Assembly: GCF_963921235.1 (NCBI RefSeq)
Contig: NC_086107.1
Coordinates: forward strand, 94,304,001 to 94,368,000
Direction: 5' to 3'
Source of the DNA: Mobula hypostoma
Lineage: Eukaryota
Length of the DNA stretch: 64,000 nucleotides
Both the position numbers and the translations under genes were made by a program. This document shows, in pieces, positions 13,816 through 26,097 of this stretch. The number at the start of each line of letters is the position of its first letter. Position 1 is the stretch's first letter. The notes beneath the pieces were generated by a model, which was not told the origin of the DNA, searched no databases, and saw nothing but the letters and a program-made list of their open reading frames with translations.

Positions 13816-14021
13816 AAAGAGTTAGAAGGTGGGGTTCCTTCCTCCCCTCCCCCCACCTTCTAACTCTGACTCCCCGTCTATTTTTCTCCAGTCCTGCTGA
13901 AGGGCCTCGGCCTGAAATGTTGACTGTACTCTCTTCTATAGATGCTGCCTGGCCTGCTTAGTTCCTCCAGCATTTTGTGTGTGTTGCCTGGGTGTCCAGC
14001 ATCTGCAGATTTTCTCTTGTT
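13816..14021 (+). mobile_element. Right arm of Penelope-derived inverted-repeat element, degenerate hammerhead (CTGCTGA...GAAATGTT)
   Basis: agtcctgctgaagggcctcggcctgaaatgttgact followed by the gatgctgcc...gttcctccagc tail. Confidence 0.75.
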
Positions 14022-14769
14022 TGGGCAAGGTGTGGGGCCTGAAGTAGTATAGGATGAGAAAGCTGAAGCAAATATAGAGGTTAACACTGGCAAGTCCGGG
14101 GGGCGGGGGGGGGTGGGGGTGGGCAGAACAGGGAATATAGAAGGTATGCTCAGCTGGACTGCACTTACTTTAATGCAAGAAGCCACACATATCAACTCAA
14201 GAGTATAGGTCAGCTTATGGGCTTAGAGCATTATAACAATTACAGCAATGTGATTGAAGGCAGCTCAGTATTTCAATGCGTATATGCTTCCAGAGTAACA
14301 GAGGCGGAGGATGTTTCTAAATTGAACTGGTAGAAATTTATGGCAGTCGTTATAAAGAAAATCCTCGAGAAATATCCATTAAGACCACATGGATATAGCT
14401 CAGAAATAAACAAGGCATGTTCGGGGACAGCATGTTCCTGATGAGGCTGGAAAGATGAAAAATGCAAAGGGATACAGGAGGACACTTAAGGAGGGAAATA
14501 TGAAGGTGGAAAGGGGAAATGCAATCCCATAAATGACGTTATTTTTCAGGAATGCATTAGTAGCATTGGATTAAATCCTTCCAAAAACTGACAGAAACAG
14601 CCTAAGTATCTTTCTCCCAAACATTACATGCTGTGTTTAGTTGAGTGAGGAGCATTAAGGTAAGAAGTGAACATAATGCTGGCTTTAGACTGGGTGGTTC
14701 AGGTAGAAAATAACTAGAAACAACATCCTGATATTCTAAATAACCTGGGTTTATGCCAAAACATTAATT

Positions 14770-15530
14770 AAGACTTCCGGTCAAGATGGGTCCGAGCTGC
14801 AGACCTCATTTAATTTGTGGGTCAGAAAGTAGTTTTTTTTTAAGTTAAGTTCATAGAGATGGTTTTGGGGACAGAGGGGAGTTAGGGGTCAGTTCAGGGT
14901 TTAGGGACAGGGAATTGACAAAGTTAGGCTGAAGTCTAGGCCTCCACTTCAAAGGTCAGAATATGGACATGGGCCAAAAGACATCAGTGGATGGACTAAG
15001 CAACCTCCCCCCGCCCCCCGACCCCCAGGGCAGTGAATCCCAGGACTGGAGGTCTATGCGAGCAGTGATTCTCTAGGTAAGCGAAACAGTAAGTCTGGAG
15101 CTTAAGGCATGGAGTTCAGGGTCCTGTCATTGGCAAGTCTTGGGAATGATATTGAAAATAGAAGCACAAAGGTTGATTAGAAATCCAGAGTCGGGGCTCA
15201 ATGGCCAAAGCCCTGGGTCAGTGAGTCCACTGGGGAAATCAGAGACCTGATGTCTGCATGTCCGAGAGTCCGCAGGAGGCTGAAGGCTAAAGGCCCGGAG
15301 TGGCTTGTCCTGGGGTCGGTGGCCTGTCTGTATATGTGAGTGGCTGTGTGGATGTGAGGGAGGAAAGGGGTTTGTTTTGCTTTTGTTTTATTGCTGTTGT
15401 GCTGTTCTGGCGCCGGAATGTGTGCGGACACTTACACATCCTTAGGTTGTGTCAGTTGTTAACGCAAACAATGCATTCCACTGTATGCTTCGATGCAAGT
15501 GTGATCAATAAATAAATGAATCTGAATCTA
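14770..15530 (+). repeat. Unclassified non-autonomous retro-repeat with (tgaatc)n tail
   Basis: 3' portion resembles about 48950-49270 and 60950-61325. Confidence 0.5.
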
Positions 15531-15849
15531 ACAGCCCGTCTGTAAAAGCTATTCAAGTAACGTCAGTGCTACAGCTGCAGGAGAGTCAGCAAGCAAGAGA
15601 AATAAATGTACCCCAGTGCAGGACACTCCAACATGAAAGCAAAAGGCCAAGACAGCTCTACTCTGCTTTTCATCTATGCCACATTAAGCACCTTGTTTGA
15701 TGTGGGTGTAACCTTCAAAAGCATTGTGTTCTGCAAAAACCATTAAACTAAGCTAAAGCTTCAGACATCAAATACAATGCAGCAAGAACTAAACCACAGA
15801 ACGACAAGGCTGGATATTAGAAAAGACTATGGTTTCAAGCTACTACCTA

Positions 15850-16381
15850 CACACAGTGACTACTTTAGCAGGTACCTCCTGTACCTAATAAAGTGGCCAC
15901 TGAGTGTATAGTCCCAGTCTTCTGCTACTGTAGCCCTTCAATTTCAAGGTTCGACAGGCTGTGTATTCCAAGATACTCTTCTGCACACAACTGTCGTAAC
16001 ACGTGGTTGCTCGAGTTACTGTCAGTTTAAACCAGGCTGGCCATTCTCCTCTGATCTCTCTCAATAACAAGGCATTTTCACCCACAGAAATGCCACTCTC
16101 CGGAATTTTTTTTTTGTTTTTCGCACCATTCCCTGTAAACTCTGGTGTGTGTGAAAATCCCAGGAGATCAGCGGTTTCTGAGATGCTCAAACCACCCTGT
16201 CTGGCACCAACAATCATTTCAGGTTTGAAGGTTACAGATCACATTTCTTCTCCATTCTGATGTTTGGTTTAAACAACAACTGAACACGTCTGCCTTAAGT
16301 TGCTGCCACATGATTGGCTGATTAGATATTTGCATTAACAAGCAGGTGTACAGGTCTACCAAATAAAGTGGCCACTGAATG
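15850..16381 (-). mobile_element. Non-autonomous Tc1 derivative with transposase N-terminal HTH remnant
   Basis: aataaagtggccactga termini (also repeated internally at about 15890-15907); MIVGARQGGLSISETADLLGFSH is a typical Tc1 HTH. Confidence 0.82.
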
Positions 16382-16887
16382 TCTATCATTGTGGTGCTGA
16401 ACCGAGGATCTCCAAGGGTCCTTTTCCAAGGATCATCATCGTGTCGTGGTGGAGAGGCTTGCGAGTTCCTGAAATTGCAGCAGTGACATTGCTTGAACTT
16501 TAGCCATTTGGCATTTAGCTCCTGGAAGGGCAACCCATGGCGGGAAGGTCAAGGAAGCAGTTCCAGGCAAGGAGTGCTCCAATGTAGACCTCAATGGTGG
16601 GGCTGGCAGAAGATGATAGCACATTGCAACAGCGGTGAAGACTGAGGAAGGCTGCAGCAGTGAAGGGTCCCTGGTCGTTTTGCATTCCATGCCACTAGAC
16701 CCCGACTCCTATCTGTCATTGGTCACAGACCACATGGAGGCTGCCTCTGCATCAGCCTTCCCATGTTAAACAGTCACATACATGCATTCTTCACTGAGGG
16801 AACCCACCCCAGCATCCTGGATTATGTGGATCCCAAATCAGCCTCTGCAGCCACCTGAGGACCCACCAACAGACAACCTCTTAGGAC

Positions 16888-16975
16888 CCAAGGAATTCCC
16901 AACCTTTATTATCCCATGGACCCCTACCCTTACCATTAACCAAGGGGTCCATGGACCCCAGGTTGGGAACTCCTG
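16888..16975. mobile_element. Small hAT-type MITE
   Basis: TIRs ..aattcccaacc and ggttgggaactcctg; cttagga repeated in both flanks. Confidence 0.6.
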
Positions 16976-18214
16976 CCTTAGGAAAACATTATACTCGACT
17001 CGAGTGATCGCACAACTACTACTGAACCATGCTTAAGTGTAGCCTAACATATTAAAACAGCTGGACTGAAGTTCTATATTTAAGGGGGGGGGCAGGGGTT
17101 ATATGGGAGGCAGGGTTAAGGGTTGGCACAACATTGTGGGCCGAAGGGCCTGTACTGTTCTATGTTCTATAAGAGTAGTGTTAGACTTTAGGGAATGTAG
17201 GCACCAAGTATATGGTCTAACAGTAGCAGCAGCAGATTCATCTTAGACTGCCGGCGCTACATCCATACCTTCCGTAAAGTGTGTGGCCAATCCTAGCATC
17301 TGTGAATGCTGGGCTTAACATTAATAATCAGCTCTGTAAAAAAAATTACTGGTCCAGATAAACAACTTCTCACAGGGACATCCCAATACTGCTGCGGCCT
17401 GGTAATTCGCTACACAAATCACCTACTGATGCCCAGGATGAGAGCTTAAAGGTTGAATCCAAAGCCAAGTGATCCAGACAGGAACACACGCAAAAATCAA
17501 TATCACTGATATCACTTGACTATGTTTAGAAGTTGGGTGCACACAAAATGGCCGCAGTGATGTTCCCATCAGAACAGCAGCAACAGTGTTGTTCCCTTTG
17601 GAATGTCCTAAGGGTGTAAACGGAAGTTTCTTTCTGATCCAATTTCTAACATACTCCTTTTGCACATTGGTTACAGTCTTTGCTTATGGGTAGTTTTTCC
17701 TTGATTTTATTGTATTTCAAAGGATTCAAAGTACATTTATTATCAAAGTTTGTACGCTATATAACCCTGAGATTCATCTTCCCCACAGACAGACAAAACA
17801 AACCATGGAACAGCCTCAAAGAAAAATATCATCCCCCATCCCCTAAAAAACAAATTACACGAACAGCAATAAAAACATCAACCACACACTCCTCTATTCT
17901 GACTTTTATTTGCTTAATTTTATCGTTTGCATGGTCAGTTTCTTTTCTCCTGCACCTTGGGTGTATGGCCATCTTCTTAGTTTAATGGGTTCTATTGGGT
18001 TTCTTGTTTTGTGGCTGCCTGCAAGGAGACGAATCTCAAGGTTGTTTATAGTACACATACTTTGATACTAAAGGTACTTCGAACTTTGAAATGGCTGCAA
18101 GAAAATTACAGTATATGGTGATATATAAATGTACTTTGATGAAAATTTACCCTGAACTTTGATTGTACCTTGCAGATTGAAGAATCAGGAAAGAAGCCAT
18201 TTAGAACACAAGAG

Positions 18215-18850
18215 GAGAAATTCGGCCATTTGATCGTGGCTGATTTATTTTCCCTCACGACCCAATTACCCTGCCTTCTCTCCATAACACTTGATGCCCT
18301 GACTAATCAAGAACCTACTGACCTCTGCTTTAAATATACTCATTTGATGGTGACCCACGTGGACTCAGCAATGGTTAGTCCGCTGAAGGACATTAGAAGG
18401 TGGTTCCCTTCTCTAATGTTGGAGATGTTCACTGCCTGGCACCTCAGTGGCACAAATGTCCTTGCCACCTATCACTCACTACAGACAATCCAGGCTCGAC
18501 CTCCTGATAGAGCCACTACATCTCTAAGGCTCGTCTCCGTCATCGCTGACACCCGTGTAGTCATCGTAGATGACTTGGTTACAATAGCGCCATAAAAAGC
18601 AAAACTTGAGTTCAATTCCCCAGTGTACCGAACATATCTTATTAAACTGATAGCCCTTCAACATTCTGGATGTGTCCTCTGCTCACACTCCTTTCCAGTA
18701 CCCCCATTGTGAAATAATTGTCCAAGGAGCCAGATATTCAGAAAACAGTCCGTGATTATTATTCCTGACGCAGAAGGTGAACAGCAGCAGGCTAAGTGGA
18801 CTGTCACATGAAGTACAAATTATGACAACTCCCTTGATGTGGGCATTAAC
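18215..18850 (-). repeat. Unclassified composite repeat with CR1-like 3' tail, copy 2
   Basis: Same internal junctions and end point as 3130-3743. Confidence 0.75.
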
Positions 18851-21019
18851 TGATAGAGCATTGAACACAGAACAGTACAGCACAGGATCAGGCCCTTTGG
18901 CCCACAATGTCTGTGCCATACATGATGCCAATATGAACTAAATCTCTTCTGCCTGTACATATCCCTCCATATCTATGTGTTTATCTAACACCCTCTTAAA
19001 CGCCAATGTCCTACCTGCTTTCAGCACATTCCAGGCACCTGCCACTCTGTAAACAAAAACTTGCCTGCACATCTTCAATCTTTCTTTGAAGATTAGCTTT
19101 ATTTGTCACACGTACATTGAAATCAAATCAAATTGGTGAGATTGTGCTGGGGGCAGCCCGCAAGTGTCGCCACACTTCCAGTGCCAACATAGCATACCCA
19201 TAACCTACTAACCCTAATCCTAACCGTATGTCTTTGTAATATGGAAGGAAACCAAAGCACCCAGATCAAAGCCACGTGGTCACAGGGAAAATGCACAAAC
19301 TCCTTACAGAGCAGTGGGAATCAAACCCTGATAGGAGACCGCTGGTGCTGTAAAGCGATTGCACTAACCGGTATGTTACCATGCTGCCCTTACCCTTCTC
19401 ACCTTAAATACATGTCTACTAATATCAATTGAATGGGTCTGGGCCTTAATCCTGAGGGAGTGAAATGCTTGTGGATTCTGACTACCTTGCAAAAGCTGTG
19501 GCCTTGAGTTAGTATGTGGGCATTTAGTTATCACTGGGAAGCCCCTAATTCTACCTGGAGCCCTTTGTATAAAGGGATAGAGAACTTGGCTCTCTTTGAA
19601 CATAACATATTAGTTACTTCAATAAACTTACTTTGAACTTTGAAATTTGAACACTGAAAAGATGCTCATGATCGATTTTTTTCTCTTTTAAGTTCGCTGA
19701 AAGAGCTCTAATATAGCGGGAAAAAGAGGAAATTCAGCTAGGTTTCCTGCACCCAATCACTGTACAGACCACTTCCTGGGGAGGATGCCCATGTAATGTT
19801 AGCTGACAAAATATTTGTCTGGGCAATGATGTTCTCCTTTGTCTAACAGTATTCTGATGCATGATTTGGATGTGAACGGAAAGAATATTCATTTAGGCAA
19901 AGTGCATCAAGGTAGTTGGTAGGTGTATAAATGGATCCACCATGCAGTCTGGCCAAAGTTCAAATTTCAAAATAAATTTATTTTCAAACTACATACTATA
20001 TGCGTCACCATATACAACCCTGAGATTTCATTATCTTGCAGGCATTCACAGAACAAAAAAATATAATCAATGGAAAGTTACACACAGACTGACAACCAAT
20101 GTGCTAAAGACAAACTGATCAAATATAAAAAAGCTAAATAGAAAGATAAATTGATAAATGATACTAAGAACATGAGTTGTGCAGTTATAGATTGTGTTCA
20201 CTGATCAGTTCAGTGTTAAGACGAGTGAAGTTACCCATGCTAGTTCGGGATCCTGATGGTTGAAGGGTAATAACTGTTCCTAAACCTGATGATCAGGTGG
20301 ACACAGGAGAAAACTATGGAAGGAAAAACACTTCAACTGAAATTCAAACCAATTTTGCAATCCGTTTTGCAATGGAGCAACAGAACCCAAGTCCAACTGT
20401 GCAGTACAAATACCAGCGGTCGTGTATCAGGCAGGAAGCAAGGCTCTACCACAGGAAAGCGGGAAACTGTACATTTCCTGAGAGCTGTTTGCATCAAAAC
20501 TAAATAACACAGATAGACACCAGCCGTAGCATCCCTGCCACAACCCAGCCCTCCCCCACCCAACCATTAACAGCAAGGGGCTTACAACACAACCTCATTA
20601 ATCCGCTCCAAATTGCATAACTCTTTGTAACTTGGCTTACATCAACCATCTCTTTCCCAACGATCAAGCTGCAAAGCTTTGCGGTTAAAGGGTTTGTTAA
20701 ACCATCAGTGATCTGTTTACCAAGCAACCTGCTCATCTGGCAGGAGAGGTGGCACTTGGAGACATGCAAAGTTACAACAGAATTAAAAACATGCTGAAAA
20801 AGTCCAAATATTTGATAGGGGTGGAAAAAATGCCAGCGTTCCAATTTTAAATAAGATAGAAATAAGGAGACTGTTCTACAGAACTTGAAATGCAATGTTC
20901 CACCATGTCACACTACAAGGATCAATGTCCCACACCACCAGGGTCAGGAACAATTATTAACCTACAACCATCAAGCTCCTAAACTGGTGAGGATAACTTC
21001 ACTTACCTCAACAATGAGC

Positions 21020-21815
21020 ACTGACTGGTCCATGAGCCAGTCCTCATCAGAGGTAGAGAGAATCAGCAACCGTAAATTCCTTAGTGTTATCATTTCGGAG
21101 GACTTGTCCTGTGCCTGGTAATTAAATGCAATTGCAAAGAAAGTAGGGCAGTGCCTCTACTTCCTTGGGAGCTTGCATAGAATCGGCATACCATCTAAAA
21201 CTTTGACAAACTTCTATAGACTATAGATGCGTGGGGGAAGAGTATATTGACTGGCTGCATCAGAGCCTTGAACAGAAAATCCTCCAGAAAGTAGTCGATA
21301 CGGCATAGTCCGTCACAGGTAAAGCCCTCCCCACCACTGAGCACATCTACACAAAGTGTTGTTGCAGGCCAGCAGCATCCATCGTCAGGGACCCGACCCC
21401 ACCACCACACCCCCCCCCCCATGCTCCCTTTTCACTGCTGCCATCAGAAAGGTGGTACAAGCCTCAGAGCTCGCACCACCAGGTTCAGGAACATTTACTA
21501 CCCCTCGACCATCAGGCTCTTGAACCAAAAGGGATAACTTCACTCATCCCATTATTGTTCCTACAACCTATGGACTTACTTTCAAGGAGTCCTCATCTCA
21601 TGTTTTCGATATTTATTTCCTATTTATTTATTTATTACGATGATTTTCTTTTTGTATTTGCACAAATTGTCTTTTGTACACTGGTAGAAACACCAAGTTG
21701 GTGCGGTCCGTCATTGTTTCTATTATGAATTTATTGAGTCTTCCCACAATTAAGTGAGTCTCAGGGCTGTATATGGTGACATATACATACTTTGGTAATA
21801 AATTTACTTTGAACT
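21020..21815 (+). mobile_element. Rex1/Babar-type LINE 3' fragment with the common aataaatttactttgaac tail
   Basis: VERISNRKFLSVIISEDLS remnant; the same tail recurs many times in the window. Confidence 0.7.
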
Positions 21816-22091
21816 TATGCAAGTGAAGCTTCTATTCTTGGCACTGTGTAACAAAGCTGGCAATTTGTTGCAATGTTGCTGATGTGATTATTATTGATCA
21901 GGACACCAGGGACAACTCACCCGATCATCTTTAAAATAGCATCACAAGCTCTCGTGCCCACTGAGCAAATTAGCTCAACTTTGTTACTGCATGTGTTCTT
22001 TGTCAGGCTGTGGTTTGAATTATTATTAATATCATGTGCACCAAGGTACAGCGAAAAGCCGTTAAGAGTGTTGAGTGGGACTTGAACCCTA

Positions 22092-22692
22092 AAGGCCAAT
22101 TTATACTTCTGTGTCGAATCTACGCTATGGGTACGGCATAGCCGCGTATCTGACGCCGCAGCCTGACGTGTACCTCTCCAAAAATGTGGCTATGCAGACC
22201 GCAACAACTGTGATTGGTCCACTTGGTAGCATTGCATTTCCTCCTACACATTTCCGGTTGCTTCTTCTCATCAAATCGTTAAATCTACCTGCCGACATCC
22301 AAAAATATTTGAAAAGCATTTCCTCGTCCATGTCTCTCAGTGGCTGGACAAGCACAGAAAATTCACCCTCCTTCTGCCTCAATCCGTTCAATGGTCGTAC
22401 ACACCATCTCCTCCCACGTCTTCTCTCTTCTCTGCGTTGCAGTAATAAAAGTAACTCTTGTTCAACATTTATTAGCTCCAACTCCAACATGATGCGCTCA
22501 GTTTCAGTCCTGTTGTTTGAAGTACACAAAGAAACTCACAGTGGCATAGAAACCCCATCTCCAACTCGCGTTTTGGCGGTGAATTGCAGAGTGACACAGA
22601 CACACCAACGCACAAGTATAAATGCTCACAACAGTGTAGGCCACTTGCGTAGGCTACGGTGTAGAGCCTACGCAGAAGTATAAATTAGCCTT
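22092..22692 (-). mobile_element. PIF/Harbinger deletion derivative retaining the transposase N-terminus
   Basis: TIRs AAGGCCAATTTATACTTCTG and CAGAAGTATAAATTAGCCTT; RRWCVRPLN..RQKEGEFSVLVQPLRDMDEEMLFKYFWMS resembles the N-terminus of HARBI1/ALP1-like transposases. Confidence 0.85.
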
Positions 22693-22882
22693 TAGACCAT
22701 CTCGGGCAAGACTGCTACCAACTGAACCATATCTCACACTGCTCATTTCCTTGTGTATCTAAAGTCAAAAAAAAAGTCAGTCAAAATTAAATTTATTATC
22801 AAAGTACATAAATGTTACCATAAACTACCTCGCAGGCTTTTATAGGAAAATAAAGAAATATAATAGAATTTATGAAAAAATA

Positions 22883-24210
22883 AGGACTGGAGGAGGGAAG
22901 AAGCCAGAATAAGGTGGTGGGGAGAGGGAAAGGAGTACAAGCTAAAAGATGATAGTTGAAGCCAGTTGGGTAGGAGGGGAGGATGAAGAAAGAAGATGGG
23001 AGGTGATAGGTGGAAAAGTCAAACAGGTAGAGAAGGAATCTGATGGGAGAGGAGAGTGGACTATGGGAGAAGAGAGGGAGACAAGGAGAAGAGGCACTGG
23101 GGAAGATAGATAGATGATAGATACTTTATTGATCCCAAAAGAAATTACTGAGTCACAGTAGCATTACAAGTGCACGGATATACAAATTTTAGAAGAAATT
23201 AGATGACAGGCAGTTGAGGAGAGAAGGGTTAAGAGGGGGATCAGAATGGAGAATTGAAGGAGGAAAAGAAGAGGGAGAGAAATTACCCAAAGTTGGAGAA
23301 TTTGATGTTCATGCCATCAGGTTCGAGGCTACCCAGAAGGAATTTGAGGTTTTGCTCTTCCAATCTGAGGCTGGCCTCATCATAGCAATAGAGGAGGCCT
23401 TGGACGGACAAGTCAGAATGTGAAAAGGAGTGGAATTAAAATGGTTGGCCACCAGGAAATCCTGCTTTTTGCAGATGGAGCAAAGATGCATGACAAAGCA
23501 GTCCCCCAATCTATGTTGCGTCTCACCAATGTAGTAGGCCACATCAGAAGCACTGGATACAGTAGACAATCAAGAGATTCCCAAGTGAAGTGTTGTCTCA
23601 CCTGGAAGGACTGTTTGGAGGTGAGGGAGGAGGTGAATGATGTATAGCATTTCTTCCACTTGCAGGGACAAGTGCCAGGAGGAAGATTATAATGGTGAGG
23701 GATGAATGATCAAGGTTATCATGGAGGGAGCGATTCCTGCAGAAAGTGAAGAATAGTGGGAGGTAAAGATGTGTTTGGTAGTTGAGTCCAATTAAAGATG
23801 GTGGAACTTGCAGAGAATGATGCGCCAGGTGTGGAGGCTCATGGCGCAGTAGGTGAGACAAGAAGAATACTATCCCTGTTAAGGCAGCGGTAAGATACAG
23901 TGAAGAGGCGGATGTCTGGGAAATAGAGGAGGTGCAGATGAGGGCAGCATCAATGATAGAGGAAGGGAAACCCTGGGATCAGATGTGGTGGAGATGAAGG
24001 AACTGAGAAAAGGGAATGGCATTTTTACAGGAGAGGGGTGGGAGGAGGAAAAGTAACTATAGTCATGGGACTCAGTAGGTTTATGAAAGTTATCAGTAGA
24101 CAGCTTCAGAGATGGAGACAGAGAGATTGAGAAAGGGGACAGAGGCATCAGAAATGGACCAAGCGAATTTAAAGGCAGAGTGAAAGCTGGAGGCAAAGTT
24201 GAAACCAATT
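22883..24210 (-). mobile_element. Penelope-like retroelement remnant (RT thumb + GIY-YIG endonuclease)
   Basis: STDNFHKPTESH..SSSHP and YYIGETQHRLGDCF..H...VANHFNS; frameshifted. Confidence 0.85.
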
Positions 24211-24986
24211 CCAAATCCACTTCAGGAACTAATGAGAGATTTCTGTGCATTAGCGAAGATTGAGTATCATAGCCTTTTTAAACTGTTTATGGTTCTCTCC
24301 TGTACATAAATTAGCCGCATCTGGCACATGAAGAACTGGACTTTCTTGGCAATGTATTGGCTATACAGTATTTGATTTAAAACACAAAGCGAAATAATTT
24401 AAAGATAAAGATTAGCTTTGTCACATGTACATCGCACCATTCAGTGAAATGTGTTGATTGTGTCAATAACCAAGTGAGGCAGCCCGCTAGTGTCACCACC
24501 ATAGCATGTATGCTCTCAACTTAATAACTCTAACCATGCATCTTTGGAATGTGGGTAGAAACATTTCAGAGATTTAAAGATAAAGATTAAAGATTAGCTT
24601 TATTTGTCACAATAACATCAAAAAGTATTATAGTTCAGTACATCAGCCACATCAAATCAAATCAGCAAGGATGTGCAGGGGGCAGTCCACAAGTGTCACC
24701 ACACTTCTGGTGCCAACATAGCATGACCACAGTTCATTAACCCTAATCCATACGTCTTTGGAATGTGGGAGCAAATCAGACACTCAGAGGAAACCCATGC
24801 AGTCAGCCAACCTTCTTAAAAATGCCATGGCTTCTCCTTAAACTTGACACCTTTGCTGCTAAACTTCCCTTTATGTAGGTATATGTCAACTTTAATGAAC
24901 TTACCTTCTAACAACTTTTGAAAATCCTTAGTTTTCACTTCAGGGAGGAATAGAGCTGCTCTAATAATATTAACTACTCTTAGTTC

Positions 24987-25845
24987 TGTGACGAGAATAC
25001 ACATAAAATTAAGATGTTTGCTGGCCTGGGTTAGCATCAGTGACATCAGCAAGTGGTCTGCCACCTGCCCTCAGGGGAAGGAGAGATAAGGAACAATGGA
25101 GCAGTGTCTGGAGATGTGTAATGAAGGGACGTGGGAGAGAGAGAGCTGTCTGGAGCGGCTCCCCCTTTGAACCCTGAACTGTTTGAAGTGATGGACAGGC
25201 GATACCCCAGCAGGGGGATAAAAAGGGACAGGTTCGCTAAGACAGACACACGCCACCCGAGGTAACGAAACCCTGGAAGCGGTGCGCCTCTCACGAGTGG
25301 GTGAGAAGTACCAGACAACGGCCAGGGTGGAAAGGTACGATCAGCGGGAACCCGGTGTGTGTCCGCCCTTGCCTGGGTGCCGGGTTCACTGCAGAGGATC
25401 GACTGCATCTGGAGGAGGGGTCACAGTCGGTGACCTCAGGTGACATCACCAAGGACCCACCCAAAAGTTGCTTGTGAGCAATCTCGCTGGTCTGTGAGTG
25501 AAGCCGTTCTGAATGATCAGTTGTTCCTGTTCTATCTCTCTCTTCCCCCACGTTGTCCATCGCCATGGCAACGATTACTGTGAACTGAACTACTAACTGG
25601 ACTGAACTTTGAGTCACTTTGAAATTTGGTCATTTACCCCTAGACAACGATAGAGCTTGATTGATGCTGTTATCTTAATTCTGTGCACATGTGTGTTTAT
25701 CATCGCTGAACTGTTGCATTTATTATCCTTTCGATTACTGGGTTGCTTGTTTCTTTAATAAAACTTTCTTAGTTCTAGTACTCCAGACTCCAACTGAGTG
25801 ATCCATTTCTGCTGGTTTGGCAACCCAGTTACGGGGTACGTAACA
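24987..25845 (+). mobile_element. Solo LTR (859 bp), probably Gypsy/Ty3
   Basis: TGTGACG...CGTAACA inverted termini; perfect 4-bp TSD GTTC (24983-24986, 25846-25849); TATA-like GATAAAAA near 25217; AATAAA near 25757. Confidence 0.9.
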
Positions 25846-26097
25846 GTTCAACTGGTGCCACTTCAGTACATGTTGTACTTTAGTACAAATGCCATATCTA
25901 GCACACCAGTATGCACTGAAGAACTGTTGTACTGTTGAAAGGCTTTTTTGATTGTCAAAGTAAAATGATCAAACTATGTGTAGGTTAACAGATACTACCT
26001 TCAGATTTGATTTATTTATTTACTTACAGATACAGTAAGGTAACAGGTCCTTCCAGCCCACTTTCTCAGAATTTCCAGCCTTATATTCCCACCGATT

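Noticed and set aside
14098..14123. G-rich run able to form a G-quadruplex
   Set aside because: Poly-G runs are common in this window and error-prone in assembly; no evidence of function.
17544..17627. YY1-like (CAAAATGGCCGC) and ETS-like (CGGAAGT) motifs
   Set aside because: Short motifs are expected by chance in 64 kb; there is no CpG island or other promoter evidence.
20500..20895. 131-aa ORF and many other 60-200 aa ORFs in the track
   Set aside because: No recognisable domains; most are antisense or off-frame readings of transposon remnants or low-complexity DNA.
21915..22010. Exon-like minus-strand segment ending in gtgagt
   Set aside because: Translations do not resemble POLD1 exon 18 or any protein I recognise.
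24898..24960. Strong minus-strand donor (GAAG|gtaagt) with a short open frame LFLPEVKTKDFQKLLE
   Set aside because: No POLD1 similarity and a weak acceptor context; at most a cryptic exon, unsupported without RNA data.
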